The notes under the pieces are model-generated. The model made no database searches. It saw only the letters and a list, made by a program, of their open reading frames with translations, and was not told the origin of the DNA. A stretch of 64,000 bases of DNA from Fistulifera solaris (lineage: Eukaryota). Below, in pieces: positions 37,212-49,249 of this stretch (positions within the stretch are counted from its first letter, which is position 1; each line of letters opens with the position of its first letter). The stretch is taken from the NCBI GenBank assembly GCA_030295235.1, contig AP026139.1, forward strand, positions 62,001 through 126,000. Reading direction: 5' to 3'. The position numbers were made by a program, and so were the translations under genes.

Positions 37212-38075
37212 GATTTTTTGGCTAATTAAGAACGTGGTTGTGGAAAAGCTTCAAGGTCACTCTCATCGAATAATCCCAGACATAAAAACATCGATTTTCT
37301 ATTTTATTGTTCTAGCACATCAAGAACGAACGGAACTTTGGTAGCAAAGCGGCTCGAAAGGTTTTTACGTGATGGCCGAGAACCAAAACTTAGGGCCTAT
37401 AGTAATTAGCACGTCAATGATTCGTCGATTACTAGAGCTATTTATAGGTAAGGTACTCTAATAGAACCATTGTTATTGAACAACTTAGTAGAATGAACGG
37501 ATTTGAGGGTGGAACGTGGGCTCGGGCGACGATTGCTTCATGACTGAAATCCAGTCTTGATCGCTGGTCCAGTCTCTTGTAATCAATAAAATGTCGTACC
37601 GTAAGGAATTGATTGGCTTTCTTGTAAAAAATAGAAGAATCATCATCATCAAGAAAACCGGAGCAAGTGTCATTTCCTCCACAATCCGTATTATTTATGC
37701 TCTACAATGCAGTCCCGGTTTATTTCCGTGTCTCTAAGTAGTCTTTCCTGCGACAGTAAGGCGTTAAGTAATAATTTCAACTCATGTTACAGACTAATCT
37801 TTGTCAGAACCAGTTCCACTATGTCCATACTCCTTGCTCGCCCGCGAATCTTGTATGAATTTAAAAGTAGTTTTTTCTTCCGTTGATTTTGGTTTTTGGA
37901 ATGTGACCAGTACATTTGTGTACTCGACTACGGAAGTTTGCGATCGAACGTCCTCCTATCCAGGATGGATTCTCCCTCCTTTTGTGTTGGTTGCTTTTGA
38001 TTGCATTCGTCGTCGTCGTGGATGTTATCGATGTTGTAATTTTGTTTGCAACGTACGCTCGCATACCCGTCGATC

Positions 38076-41000
38076 ATGAAGACGACGAAAGACGCCAGCA
38101 AAGGCATAACATTTCAATTTCAGGGACTGGCTGGATTGCTTGTCGATCCCTCGCGTACGGAAGCCCGCAAAATCCGTGCGTTGATTCGCATTTTGACCAT
38201 AATGATTTGCTGGCAGTCTCTTCTTGTTCGACGCCTTTGCAAAAATCTCCCACAGAAGACGCTTCTAGCAATTTAGTGCGACACGTCGCTGTTTGGGAAG
38301 AAAATTCCATTACCGTCCGCAGCACCAGTCGATGCTTGCGATTGCACATTTTGTTGAAATTTCCTTCCGGAAGTACTTTGTCGATCGGACAATGTGACTG
38401 GACTCCTTCTTCTTCTTCTTCTTCTTCCTCCGAAAATCTTCAAGTGCACGCCTTTCGTTGGGAAGAAGCGGCCGTACGGATGGATACGGAAGGAGACGCG
38501 GTGTTGCGGGTGCGTGTCACTCATAGTCGAAAGACGAATACACCCGAAACGCCCCGTGCCGATAGTTTGGGCTCTCTCGATTACTCCTTTTCGCAAAGTG
38601 AAACCATGCTGGATACCACCGATTTAATAGGATTTTCTGTCGCAATGGAAGGTAACAAGAAGGTACCGAAGAGTCCCACATTGCGGAAACCCAAGGATCG
38701 TCTTGTCTCAACAATAATAACAAAGGATCGCCTTGTGGTTGTGTCACCTGCCATGGCCATGGATCCATTGGCGATACGGCGGATGTTTCGAGCGCGACCC
38801 GAACCGGTCGTAGTGAATGAGCCACCTTCGCAGAATGAAGTGTCTTCCGTCCAGTCCACAGGAAGCGGTCTTGTGGAACAGGAGACAGAGTCACCGGCTC
38901 CGCCAAAGTCCGCGTCCCTGACGGTCTCTCCAGAACATTTGGACTATTTGGCGAAACAGAAAACCCAAGTCGTGGGACCTTCCGCTTCCGATTCTAGTCA
39001 CGAAGACGATGATCAAGCTCCTTCTCCCGTTCGATCGGTGACACCGACCCCAGTAGTACCTCCGGTGGAGTCCATTGAGTTTGAGAAACAAGAAATGGCG
39101 GTATCAGTCCCTGTGGTAACTCCCGAGAAAGCGGTTCTCAAGCCAGTGACACCACTTATCAAGAAGAAATCGTCGAAGCGTCTGTTTCATTCCAAGAAGA
39201 TGAAGAAGAAGAAGAAGAACGAAAAACGGCTCAAGTCGTTGCTGGCTTTGGAAGATCGAGATGAAATAATCAAACCGCAGGACGTTTCCCCCGTTCCAAA
39301 ACGCTTTGCGAAAATCAAGTCTTTTTTCAAACGACCGTGGACGAGTGAGAAGTTCTATTGCGAAGAGAGCGATGCTGCTCCAGCAGCGAAAGGAAAAGAA
39401 TCCAAAGCAGATACTACGGAAATGAATTATGCTCTACTTAGTGCATCAAGTTGTAAGCCTCCTCCCGAAGACGAATCCACCGATGTTAGTCGCAGCATTG
39501 GGGAGACGCGGAGTGAGTCTCTCCTGCAAGTGAGAGACCAAAACGTTACACCAGTGGATGAGTTTTACAGCTCCGCTTTGATGGAAAATTACTTTTCGGG
39601 CAAGCCCTGTGTCGACGGTGCTGCGCATATAACTCCCGAGACGGTCACTACTGTGGCTACGACTCCCGAACGGGCGGTGAAAGCTCTGTTACACCAGCCC
39701 TTTCTCGGAGAAGAGACACCCGATGCTCCGAATGGGCAAAACTCAAAGGACAATGATGTAGTAACAAACTCTCTTGCCTGTACCGATTGCTCGCCAATAC
39801 AGATAGGAGACGATGGTGAGGGTGATAACCTTTCCGCGATTCCGGAAAAGAGTAGCCCGACTAGCTCGTCCAGTAACAACTGGTCGAACGGTACACCCGT
39901 ACATGCAGCCCCCCGCAAGGAAAAATGAAGAATTTACAACTACAGCTAATTGTCGCACGATAGGTGCATCCACATCGTTCGACGCCGAAATCCACGGCAC
40001 ACCTGTCTCCAACGATCTTGCGTCACAAGGAAATCAGCAAGATAATGGGACTGCAACTTCACCGCTGTGCACTGGGAAAAACGAATGGGAAACTTTTGAT
40101 GGAAATTTCGCAGCTGAACAACCATGGGTTGCTTCTACCTTTAACAGCTCCGATTCAGCGTTCAGTGAAATTTCTCTGCGTTGGCGGCAGAAACAAGACA
40201 ACAGCGAGCCTCAACAGCCGATGTGGGAAAGCCTCCTTATACCTCCGGTGAAAGATACTATGAATGGACACGTACATGGAGAGAGGATACAGATTCAACT
40301 GAAGTCACCCCCGCAAGACACGTCTCAATCTTATGATTCACAACCTACATCGACCGAGCCTGTCGTTCCGTGTTCAGTAGAATCCATCATTAGCGACAAA
40401 ATGAATTTGCAAACAGCAAGCGACGAAAACAATGTGTTGTTTTTCTCACGTTCTGGCGATGAAGCAATTAAAAACAAGCAATCAGAAGAAGGAGATCATT
40501 GGATTGTTTTTGACGGCGAAGCGAGACTGGGAGGGACACGTGCTTCCCATTTAGTGAATGAAGATGAAGAAGAAGAAGTCGACCTTCTTCATGAAGATAC
40601 AGATGTTCATGGAATAGGGTTGCTGGTCGATTGGAATGTTGGGGAAGTCTTTGATCCAACGGAAGCGTTCGAAGATGCCGTTCAGGACTTGGACACAGTC
40701 TCGGACAAGGAGAATGACGTGATCGTCACAACTACGGAAATGAATTTAGATTACTCAATACTAAGTGAAGAGCTCATGATGGACTTGCTGCCATCAAGGA
40801 ATGCGACTCCGGAGCGTACCGTCGACGCGTCACCTGGACGCATGGCTTTTTGCTTTCCAAATCGCCCAAGACGCCATTCCCTCTTGCGACTCGTCCGGCA
40901 GAATCCATCGACACTGATAAGGAAATAACCAAAGTGAAGTCGTGGCAAAAAAACAAATCACAGAACAAGACATTTGCTCGACGACTAAAGGACGGCCTTT

Positions 41001-41389
41001 TCGGGATACTGGTATGCGGATCACATGTCAAAGTGTTGTCTACAGACGATGACGATGGTGAGTGTGAAAGCGATGATGACAGTCACTCGTATGCAGACTC
41101 GTATCCTATATGGTTGCAGACGCATAATCGGAATAGCGCACAAATAGCGGGAAGAAAAAAAGGACTACACGCCTCGAAAAAACGAAGATTTGTGCATAAC
41201 AAACCTAGCAACAACAAGAAGGTTTCGATCCCACCATCTCATCTAGGCAAGCAACGAGATTACCGAATGCACAAGACGTTCAGTGACGGTGGCTCTCCTC
41301 CAATCCATGACCGGGTTCTGTCCCCCGCTTTGTCGGATGCAGAAGATCTCGCTTGGGCGAAAGCGAGCGCATCGCGGCACTGGGTTTAA
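38076..41389 (+). CDS. Uncharacterised array family member 6; frameshifts near 38193, 39900 and 40850
   Basis: ATG 38076 FQFQGLAGLLVD..IRALIRI joins STPLQ..RHVAVWE..LHILL..IGQCDW..DTEGDAVLRV; overlapping downstream ORFs 39813 and 40850. Confidence 0.75.
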
Positions 41390-41687
41390 CCATTCGACGT
41401 CCCTGTGCTGCTGATGGCCTAAGAATCCGTATCTATTAATGTAACACTTGTTTCTTGACTCTTCCAAGGGATGAAGGCCGAAACCCTTCCCTCCTAGCTC
41501 GTGTTGTTTCGTTCCTTACTTGCTAGTGACGACCGCAGGACAGACGGCTCAGTTTCACCACGCCTTTTTTTGAATTTTGGTTTTTGAACTTTGCAGAAAG
41601 AAAAATAGAATGCTTTAGCAAAAATAAAGATTGCTAGAAACCACTACAGATTGTTCTTTTTTCTTTATTAATTCGGATTTCCCTATA

Positions 41688-42464
41688 ATGTCACACGATA
41701 TATCCTTGTCGGAATGTCAAGATCCTAGCTGCCAAGCGGCTGCTATTTATCAGTGTCCTCGATGTCAATTCCGTTCCTGTTCGTTACGTTGCTGTCAAGC
41801 GCACAAGCAAAGCAGCAAGTGCAATGGCAAACGAGATCGTACGCAGTTTCTACCCATGAATCAAATGAGTGATGCGACTTTGACCAGCGACTATTTTTTC
41901 TTAGAAGATGTCATGCGACAAGTCAAAAAACCGCGTTTTGCGCCCGCAATGCACAACAAGACCGAGCCCGCGACGCATCCTTTATTACAACAAGTCGATC
42001 ACATGGATCGGTTTCAACGACTGCCGCAACATTACCCTCAAAAAGTCCGAAAATTAGTACAGGCGGCAGGATCACGAGGGACTCGTATTATGATTCAACC
42101 CTCCGGCCTTTCGAGGCATCAAGAAAATCGATCGTACTTGAACAAAGAAGGAATTATTCATTGGAGTGTGGAGATAATAACCATCATGGAGGACTCTGAT
42201 GGGAGTCATTGTTGCGAAAAGAAGGAACGGATCTTGGCAGGTCCTCTCGCAGAAACATCTCGTGTCGGCGATGTTGTGCCGATCACCATACCAACTGGCT
42301 TTGCATGTTATCTTCGTCGCTTTCCTTCTGTCGTGCACCAGCCTGTAAATATCGATAGCACGTGGAAAGAAGCTCTTCAAGATATGACCATTATTGAGTT
42401 TCCGACCCTCTATATCGGTCCCAAATCGACATTTTCTCAAGCAATTACGGAAATGGAATCGTGA
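41688..42464 (+). CDS. BCD1: Box C/D snoRNP assembly factor Bcd1/ZNHIT6 (HIT zinc finger)
   Basis: C..C....YQCPRC..RSCSLRCCQAHK....CNGKRDRT.F....L.SDYFFLED; SRHQENRS..IHWSVE; IIEFPTLYI. Confidence 0.9.
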   Translation: MSHDISLSECQDPSCQAAAIYQCPRCQFRSCSLRCCQAHKQSSKCNGKRDRTQFLPMNQMSDATLTSDYFFLEDVMRQVKKPRFAPAMHNKTEPATHPLLQQVDHMDRFQRLPQHYPQKVRKLVQAAGSRGTRIMIQPSGLSRHQENRSYLNKEGIIHWSVEIITIMEDSDGSHCCEKKERILAGPLAETSRVGDVVPITIPTGFACYLRRFPSVVHQPVNIDSTWKEALQDMTIIEFPTLYIGPKSTFSQAITEMES

Positions 42465-42566
42465 AAATGCTGGGGCACTTTTGCCAATCGTGTTTGAATG
42501 CTACAACCGCATTGAGAAAATAAAGCTTTAGATTTAAATTTACAACTGCTGCCTTGCACCTCTAGC

Positions 42567-44287
42567 CTATTTAATCGGTATTGTGAAAATATCCGTATGC
42601 ACTATTGAATCCAGAGAAGGGAAGAACTGTCTCCCTCTCTGCCCCGATTGTGCTTGCAGCACAGGGAAATTCACCCACGATGCTGGCGTGTGCCCCTGTA
42701 TTTGTACTGGTTGGGCAGTCACAAAATCGATTTGACCACCCGTGGTGTCGGCTTCTTGGCAACCGACCGTCACAATCGATTGGCCCATTGATCGAGCCAT
42801 GGTTACCGCAGCCGCAACTGCGGTGCAGCAGTTGTTGGTACTGTAGACAGCATTGGCTTCCTCTTCCACCAATATGTTGAAAAGCTCTTCGACGGGGGAA
42901 TCTTCTGCACAAGATACTCCGATGATGGGCCGAACGGAATCTTCGCCCAGCTCGGAGTAGTAGGCAACGCACCGTTCTCCAATAAACTCCAAATCTGTGC
43001 GACCATTAAAGCATAGAGGTTTAATTTCTTTGCCGTCCAACGCGTCCTTAGTAAACTTGGCAGCCATGACTCCAAAGTCGGCATCATTGGTCACGCCCAC
43101 GTAGGGAATCAGTAGCTCACCGGATACAAGTGACTCGGTCACAATGTTGTTGTAACCGGCGTTGAACACACCGATGGATGGCAAGGCGGGATCCTTCGTT
43201 ATGAAGCGAATTTCGTTTATCAGCTGCTGCTCGCTTGTGGGGTCGCTCACCATCATGGCGACAACGTCCTGAAGACTGCTTGCCAATACGGTAACGTCGG
43301 TAAGGATGTCTGACGGCGAACGAGCACTCGGTTCGTATCCCGTCATGACAAAGCACGCGTCACTTTGTTCGCTGGTTGTTGCAATCTGCGTATAAATGGC
43401 ATCCCAGAAAGGTTCTAAACCGCTGGTGGTATCATTGCTTGGAAGAGCATGTGTGACATAAACTCCAATGGGACCCTCATAGTTGCAACACGCAGGTGGA
43501 TTCACTGTGATAACTTCGGGGACAATGTCGAGTATCGCGTTTGCAACGGCACTTCGACAGCCAGGCTCAGAGGTGACTTCGTCATCGTTCACGAGATCAT
43601 CATCCTCCAAAACATCATCATCGTCGCGGTTGCCTCCGCCACCTCCACCGCCTCCGTCATTTCCCTTGCCTTTTCCTTTCCCCTTTCCGTCACTCGAACC
43701 ACTACTTTTGCTTCTCTTAGAAAGCTTCTCCATCTGCTTCTTACTTTGCTTTGTTCGATGTTTCTTTCTCGCAGAATGATTATTTTTAGCGGATGGTCTT
43801 TTTGTATCTTTGGAATCATCTCCGCTCTCAGCTCGCTTTGCTGAATTGCTACTTTGGGGTCGCTTGCTCCCTTTTGGTTCGACAGGGGTGCTTGGACTAC
43901 CAGAATCTTTGTTGGATTTGTTAGCGCTTGGGCTACCCGTGTCATTGTTGGGTTTACTAGCAGGAGAAGTGGAGCTACCATCTTTTTCGGATTTGTTAGC
44001 AGGAGAGCTCGGCCTCCCGTTACTTTTGCTCGGTTCCTTCACCGGGACTTTTTCGCTAGTGGTTGATCCTTTTCACGTTTGCTATCTTTCTCCCTCTCTC
44101 TCTTCTTGTTTCTCTCACCTCTATCATTATCTCTGTCTACGTTCTCGCTATCTCTCTTCCCCGAGAATCCACGAAATCTCCACCTAAGTTCTCTTTGATG
44201 ACTTAGGTCCCTGTATCCCAGCTGCGCGTCTACGCTATTTTCTACTGCCACCACGGCAACTAGAAAGAGAACGAACAGTCTCCTCAT
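42567..44287 (-). CDS. Secreted protein with K/S-rich N-terminus and type I periplasmic sugar-binding-protein-like domain (copy 1); frameshift at T-run ~44049-44053
   Basis: MRRLFVLFLVAVVAVENSVDA signal; VYVTHA..PFWD..IGVFNAG..YVG..D.G..AA..LCFN....GERC matches sugar ABC substrate-binding protein motifs. Confidence 0.75.
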
Positions 44288-44706
44288 GTCTGTCGTGGCC
44301 TTTCTTTTTAAGTACAAGCTGCTGTGCCGTCTTGGTTGGTTTGACGGCAACTGAGAGGCAGGATGGTCTTTTGCAACTTTGCAATTCGTCAAATGAAATT
44401 GTGGCGAGTTGCGACGGAAAATTTTGCGTTTGTCGGGAAAGTTCAAAGAACTCGTGCATTTAGTACCATAGTGATGTCGCAGACACAAAGTCACTATGGA
44501 TTCAATGTCCGTTGACGAAGTTAGCGCGCAAAAATTCCAGTACTAAACGAAATTGTGGAACTGATCGACGGAATGCGAAACGAGTACCTCTACGATACGT
44601 TGCATGTGAAAAATCGCTAAGGCAGCACCTTGATGAGGCAGAAGCCATCAAAAACTTCAAACACTCACCGAAACCAGACTAATGATACATTTAACAAGTA
44701 ATTGCT

Positions 44707-45943
44707 TTACAGCAAGGTAACAAGCACGTCTGTACGCACCACCGACTTTGGTGATGGAAAAATGCTTCGATTATGTCGTAATCCTCACGAACGAGCGCCT
44801 GTAGCGGAAGATTTATTTGACTCATAACGTGAAATGCCTGTAATGCCAAAGACGGTCCGATCATAAATGCCGCATCACCAATCCGCTCATCCATGCATCC
44901 GACTGTTACAGGCCACTCGGTCATTTGTCTTGCCGCTTTCACCGCCAAGGAACAGCACTCACCGTGCGCATACACTGCTGTGATACCGTTGACTTCGTAC
45001 AACTCCGCTAGTCTTAATGAACTGGACTTGCTAGAGCATTCCAAACCAGTGGGCGGCCACAAAGGAGCTTTTTGCCTAATCCATCGTAGTACATTTTACA
45101 CCGCTCCCCAACAAATGGTAGATCCGTTCGCGCATTCAAACATAGTGCCACTACATCGTTTTCCTCCTTTCCTTGCTTGACAAGTTGCAGCGTTATTTCG
45201 GCTGCCCGCGAGCCGTAAACATCCTCAGTGGTGCTGCCGATGTATGGCAAGGGTGACTGACCCGACACAAGTGCCTCCGCCAAAACCGTCTCGTAGCCTC
45301 GATTGAAAATAGCCACCAACGGACCGAATGTGAGATTATCAATCTTTCTCAGGGTTTGAATCAACGTCAGATCGTTTTTGCTATCATTCGGGTTTGTCGT
45401 AAAAAGAATAGGAACCTGATCATTGGTCGCAGCAACCGTATTCACGTCGACTAGAATCGTTGTAACCGATCTTGAGGTCTGGTCCACATCAATCCCCGTC
45501 ATGATGAAGCACACATTCTTGGCGGCTGCCTTATGCAACTGCCGATAAAATTCTTCCCAGTATGATTCCATCTTGCCATCTTCATATAAGCCATGTGTCA
45601 CAATGACTGCTGTTGGTCCGAAATAGGAGCAACAACGACGTGGAGTATAGGTCACGACATCTGGGACACGTCGCCGGATTTGATCGGCAATGAGACTGCT
45701 GCAACTGTTGGCTGGGTTGTCGTCTTCGTCTTCGTCATCATCATCCTTATCTCTATCATTGTGTTTATTCTCGTTTCTGCCTTTGGCACTTTTTCTACTG
45801 CCATCGTACGATCTATCATACGAATTCGTCTTGTACTTCTTCAAACTCCGATGCGCCGTTGAATTCGTTTGGTCGTGCGAAAGTGTTGCTGCAACAACGA
45901 AAAACAGGAGCAACAGGAGCTGTTGTGACGGCATATTTCTCAT
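44707..45943 (-). CDS. Secreted periplasmic sugar-binding-protein-like protein (copy 2); frameshifts near 45070 and 44760
   Basis: VIVTHG..YWE..VAIFNRG..YIG..G..AA..LCLNARTDLPFVGERC; shifted end FPSPKSVVRTDVLVTLL matches copy 1 FPSLDSIVHTDIFTIPIK. Confidence 0.75.
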
Positions 45944-46338
45944 GGTGAACTTTCTCAATGGGGCTAATAGCGGGGGACTTGGTACTTCGATTGCCATCAT
46001 CTATTTTTTTCCATTTTGTGAGAGACGAAGGCCTTTTCTCCCTGTTTTCGGTGAAAAAGATTCAAATTTGTCGTCTTAAGCGGTATCCGTTGCTAATTGT
46101 TGGTGTACGCATTGAACCGTTGGAGTATTTATTTGTCATCGTTGAGGAAGCTGAACGGTTTCTCAATCGTACCATTCAACAACAGTTCACGACTCCTCAC
46201 GACTAAAGACTTCGCGTTTATCTCGGGAGACACGGGAACGCACCTCTGCTTGGTACATTTCTCTACGGGGGCCTACGTTAGTGTACACTTTTTCCCGCAC
46301 CTTCACAGTACAGGTACAGGTACAAGGTAGGGAAGGGA

Positions 46339-46410
46339 CGTTAAAATTCTGCCTCCCAGTACCTGGTACAAGATTCTTCCTAGCGTCCACGACGAGGCAG
46401 AATTTTAACG
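46339..46410. repeat. Perfect 17-bp inverted repeat with 38-bp spacer in a divergent intergenic region
   Basis: CGTTAAAATTCTGCCTC (46339-46355) and GAGGCAGAATTTTAACG (46394-46410). Confidence 0.9.
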
Positions 46411-46917
46411 CCGTGCCTGTACCGGTACCGTACCGTACCAGGTACTTGTACCGGTACTTTGTATTATCATCTGTCATCGTTCGTCGTTCGCGAAGAAAAT
46501 GGCAAGTTTTGAATTTTGAATTCAACACTCAACACTTACTTAATGATTAGCGTTCGCAGTTGTCGTTTCGCAGTGTGAGAAGATGAAACAGAACACGTTC
46601 CTTGACTTCATATGCTTCATCGGTTTTCCGTCAGTACATTTTGTAGCATGCACTCAGTGTTTGTTTACTTGGATTTTCCGAAATACAGTCAGTAAGAGTT
46701 GGCGATTATAGCGAGGCCGTGTTTTTATCTTGTATACTACGTACTTGTATACAAACAGTGCTTGCTTGTTTTTTCACGACCCAGACGTTGTGCAATTCGC
46801 CCCACGGCCGTTGGCGATTTTAATTTTGAAGAATGGGAAAAAATTGTCAGGGAATAAAACCTGCATCATATATCAGACATTCATTTGTTTGTTTGTTAAC
46901 TTATCTTAATTGGAAAA

Positions 46918-48429
46918 ATGAGCGTCAAGCAACTGCTGGTACGGCTTATCTTTTTGACATGGGGTATCTCGTTGTGCCTCTCCCAAAGTGCGTTGTCTTC
47001 GGATCAAGCTTCTCCAAGGATCTTGCGAAACCACAACCGAGGAGGAAACAATAATGATAATGATTCAGGTGAAGATACTTCGCATCGCGACCACCGTTCA
47101 AAACCAAGAAGTCATGAAGCGAAACCCAACACGCGATCGGGTCGCAACACGTCTCGTGGCCATTCCGCAACGCGGCCTTCGACGACAAGAACGGATTCAC
47201 GTCGATCCAACAACAGACCAGCGGAAAATCATCATCGTCCGAATGATGACGATGACGATGATGACGATGATTCTTCCAAGCCATCCAAGGCCGGTGGACA
47301 TCATTCTGGATCTCGAAAAACTTCCCGACCAACGCCAAGTCCAGAAACGAATCCGCCGACAGCATCCCGCGTCGAGGAAGGTGATTTGAACATTCGATTT
47401 AATAAAATCACTTACCCCGACGGCGAACCGGCATCATTGCAACTCCCTTTGACCATGGAAGACTATCCGATCACTGCCGAAACGGGTGCCATACTACGGA
47501 CACAATCTCTGGCGGACGCGGTCGTGCTCGAAGATGACTTTGACATGCTTGGAAAGGATCCCTCCCGCTACGTCAACGCGTTGGGTGGGCCTCCGACCTT
47601 TCCCAATGAAGATCCCAATCATCCCTTTTGGGATGACTTGGAAGAAGTTGTCGATTATCAAATCATTCGACGAGAAAACGGTACCACTCCATTCACACTC
47701 CCCATGATCTGGGATGGCTACGATATCAACGATGTGGCCGACGCCGTTCACAACAAATATCCGGGAGGTCACCAAGCGACACTTTTGGGATGGCTGTACA
47801 AGGATGGTCTGGAAGTGGACTATGACGTGATGCCGTTCCGTTCCAATCGCGACATTGTCAGTTTGCAATTCCGTTTTGCCCACTTGAACACGTGGGCCAT
47901 CGAATGCGTGGGAGCGGTCAATTTCTGCATCAAATGGACGTACGGACGTCCCCGTCCCGAAGAAGTGGCGTACCAGATTGCCACGGGACAAATCACGCAA
48001 GGTGTCTCGGAGGAATTGCAAAGCAAGATTGCGTCGATGAATTTGGAAAATGCCACGAGTTTCACCGCGTACCCCGAAGGTTCGCCCTCTCATCCCGCGT
48101 GGCCGGCCATGCATTCGGCCGCCAGTGCGGCTTCTTTGTGGATTTCGGTCGTGGCCAACTTGACTCCTGAACAATACTGTGAAGCACTGCGGGTGGATTA
48201 CGCGGTGGCGTATGCCCGAACGGTCGCCGGGGTCCATTATCCAACCGACAACATTATGGGATTGAATTTAGGTCAAATGATTGTGGCCGAGCGTATGCCC
48301 GATCACTTTGCCGAAAATTTTGGTACAGATCGAGCCAAAATACAAGCGAAGATTGACCGCATGCGATTTGATTGGAATGATTTCAATGTCGATGATTGTT
48401 CCATTGCCGGAGTTCCCATTGTGGGTTAG
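46918..48429 (+). CDS. Secreted vanadium-dependent haloperoxidase-like / PAP2 superfamily protein
   Basis: KWTYGRPRPEE, SPSHPAWPAMHS and ARTVAGVHYPTD are the three PAP2/VHPO motifs; signal peptide. Confidence 0.85.
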   Translation: MSVKQLLVRLIFLTWGISLCLSQSALSSDQASPRILRNHNRGGNNNDNDSGEDTSHRDHRSKPRSHEAKPNTRSGRNTSRGHSATRPSTTRTDSRRSNNRPAENHHRPNDDDDDDDDDSSKPSKAGGHHSGSRKTSRPTPSPETNPPTASRVEEGDLNIRFNKITYPDGEPASLQLPLTMEDYPITAETGAILRTQSLADAVVLEDDFDMLGKDPSRYVNALGGPPTFPNEDPNHPFWDDLEEVVDYQIIRRENGTTPFTLPMIWDGYDINDVADAVHNKYPGGHQATLLGWLYKDGLEVDYDVMPFRSNRDIVSLQFRFAHLNTWAIECVGAVNFCIKWTYGRPRPEEVAYQIATGQITQGVSEELQSKIASMNLENATSFTAYPEGSPSHPAWPAMHSAASAASLWISVVANLTPEQYCEALRVDYAVAYARTVAGVHYPTDNIMGLNLGQMIVAERMPDHFAENFGTDRAKIQAKIDRMRFDWNDFNVDDCSIAGVPIVG

Positions 48430-48586
48430 TAGTAGAACGATAAATGGAACTGTGTCGTAGTATTTTAAAACGTCAAAAGACGTTTTGAAGAGGATATATC
48501 TATAATTTAAAAGGAGAATAATATATATTGATGTATAACTATTATTCAAGCGCCAATTCTGGTTGTTTTGAATTCTTGGCATTTCC

Positions 48587-49249
48587 TTATTCCTCCTTCA
48601 TGGAAGAACTCATTTTTGGTGGTGGTAGTAGGTAGTCCTCATTGAATTCATTGCTTTTTTTCTTCATATGCTCGATAGTCAATTGACTAAATGCTTTGAA
48701 TTGTGGATGATCGGCCGTTTGCATCAACATAAAGGCCGCCGACTGTGCCGTCGTGACCAAGGCTCCCGCCTGTTGCATTCTCTGTAAAGCGATTTCTCGA
48801 TCGTACGGTTGTTGTGACGAAATACCATCGGCAATCAAATGGACTTGTTTCTTCTGGAGGGTCAATAAATCGAGACACGTTTGTTGCACACAAACGTGGG
48901 CTTCAATTCCTACCAATAGGTAAGTATCACGCTCCGGATACTGCCGCAATTGCTCTAACACGGGCGGTGTCAACATACTGAATTGTTTCTTTTCGAATAC
49001 ATGAGTTGTTGGCGGTCGTTCATCATGTGCAAAGCATTCGGTAATGGTAGAACCAAAGGCTTTCTTGTATTGCTCCGTTACGACGACGGGAATCTCCAAG
49101 AGAGCCGCTAGACGTGTCATGTATTGTGTCGTTTGTACGACCGTCTCGCCACGCCAAATCAAGGAACGGAAACGTTCTTGGATGTCACACACCAACAGGA
49201 CCGTTTGGGCGGGATGCAGTTTGTTTCCGAGGATGCGCGGAGCGGACAT
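48587..49249 (-). CDS. Isochorismatase-family hydrolase (ISOC-like)
   Basis: LLVCDIQERFR, VTEQY..FGST, KKQFSM, GIEAHVCVQQT. Confidence 0.92.
   Translation of the reverse strand: MSAPRILGNKLHPAQTVLLVCDIQERFRSLIWRGETVVQTTQYMTRLAALLEIPVVVTEQYKKAFGSTITECFAHDERPPTTHVFEKKQFSMLTPPVLEQLRQYPERDTYLLVGIEAHVCVQQTCLDLLTLQKKQVHLIADGISSQQPYDREIALQRMQQAGALVTTAQSAAFMLMQTADHPQFKAFSQLTIEHMKKKSNEFNEDYLLPPPKMSSSMKEE

Noticed and set aside
37916..38075. Hydrophobic N-terminus of the 670-aa ORF as a transmembrane segment
   Set aside because: The family motif starts at ATG 38076 in another frame; the upstream part is probably untranslated read-through
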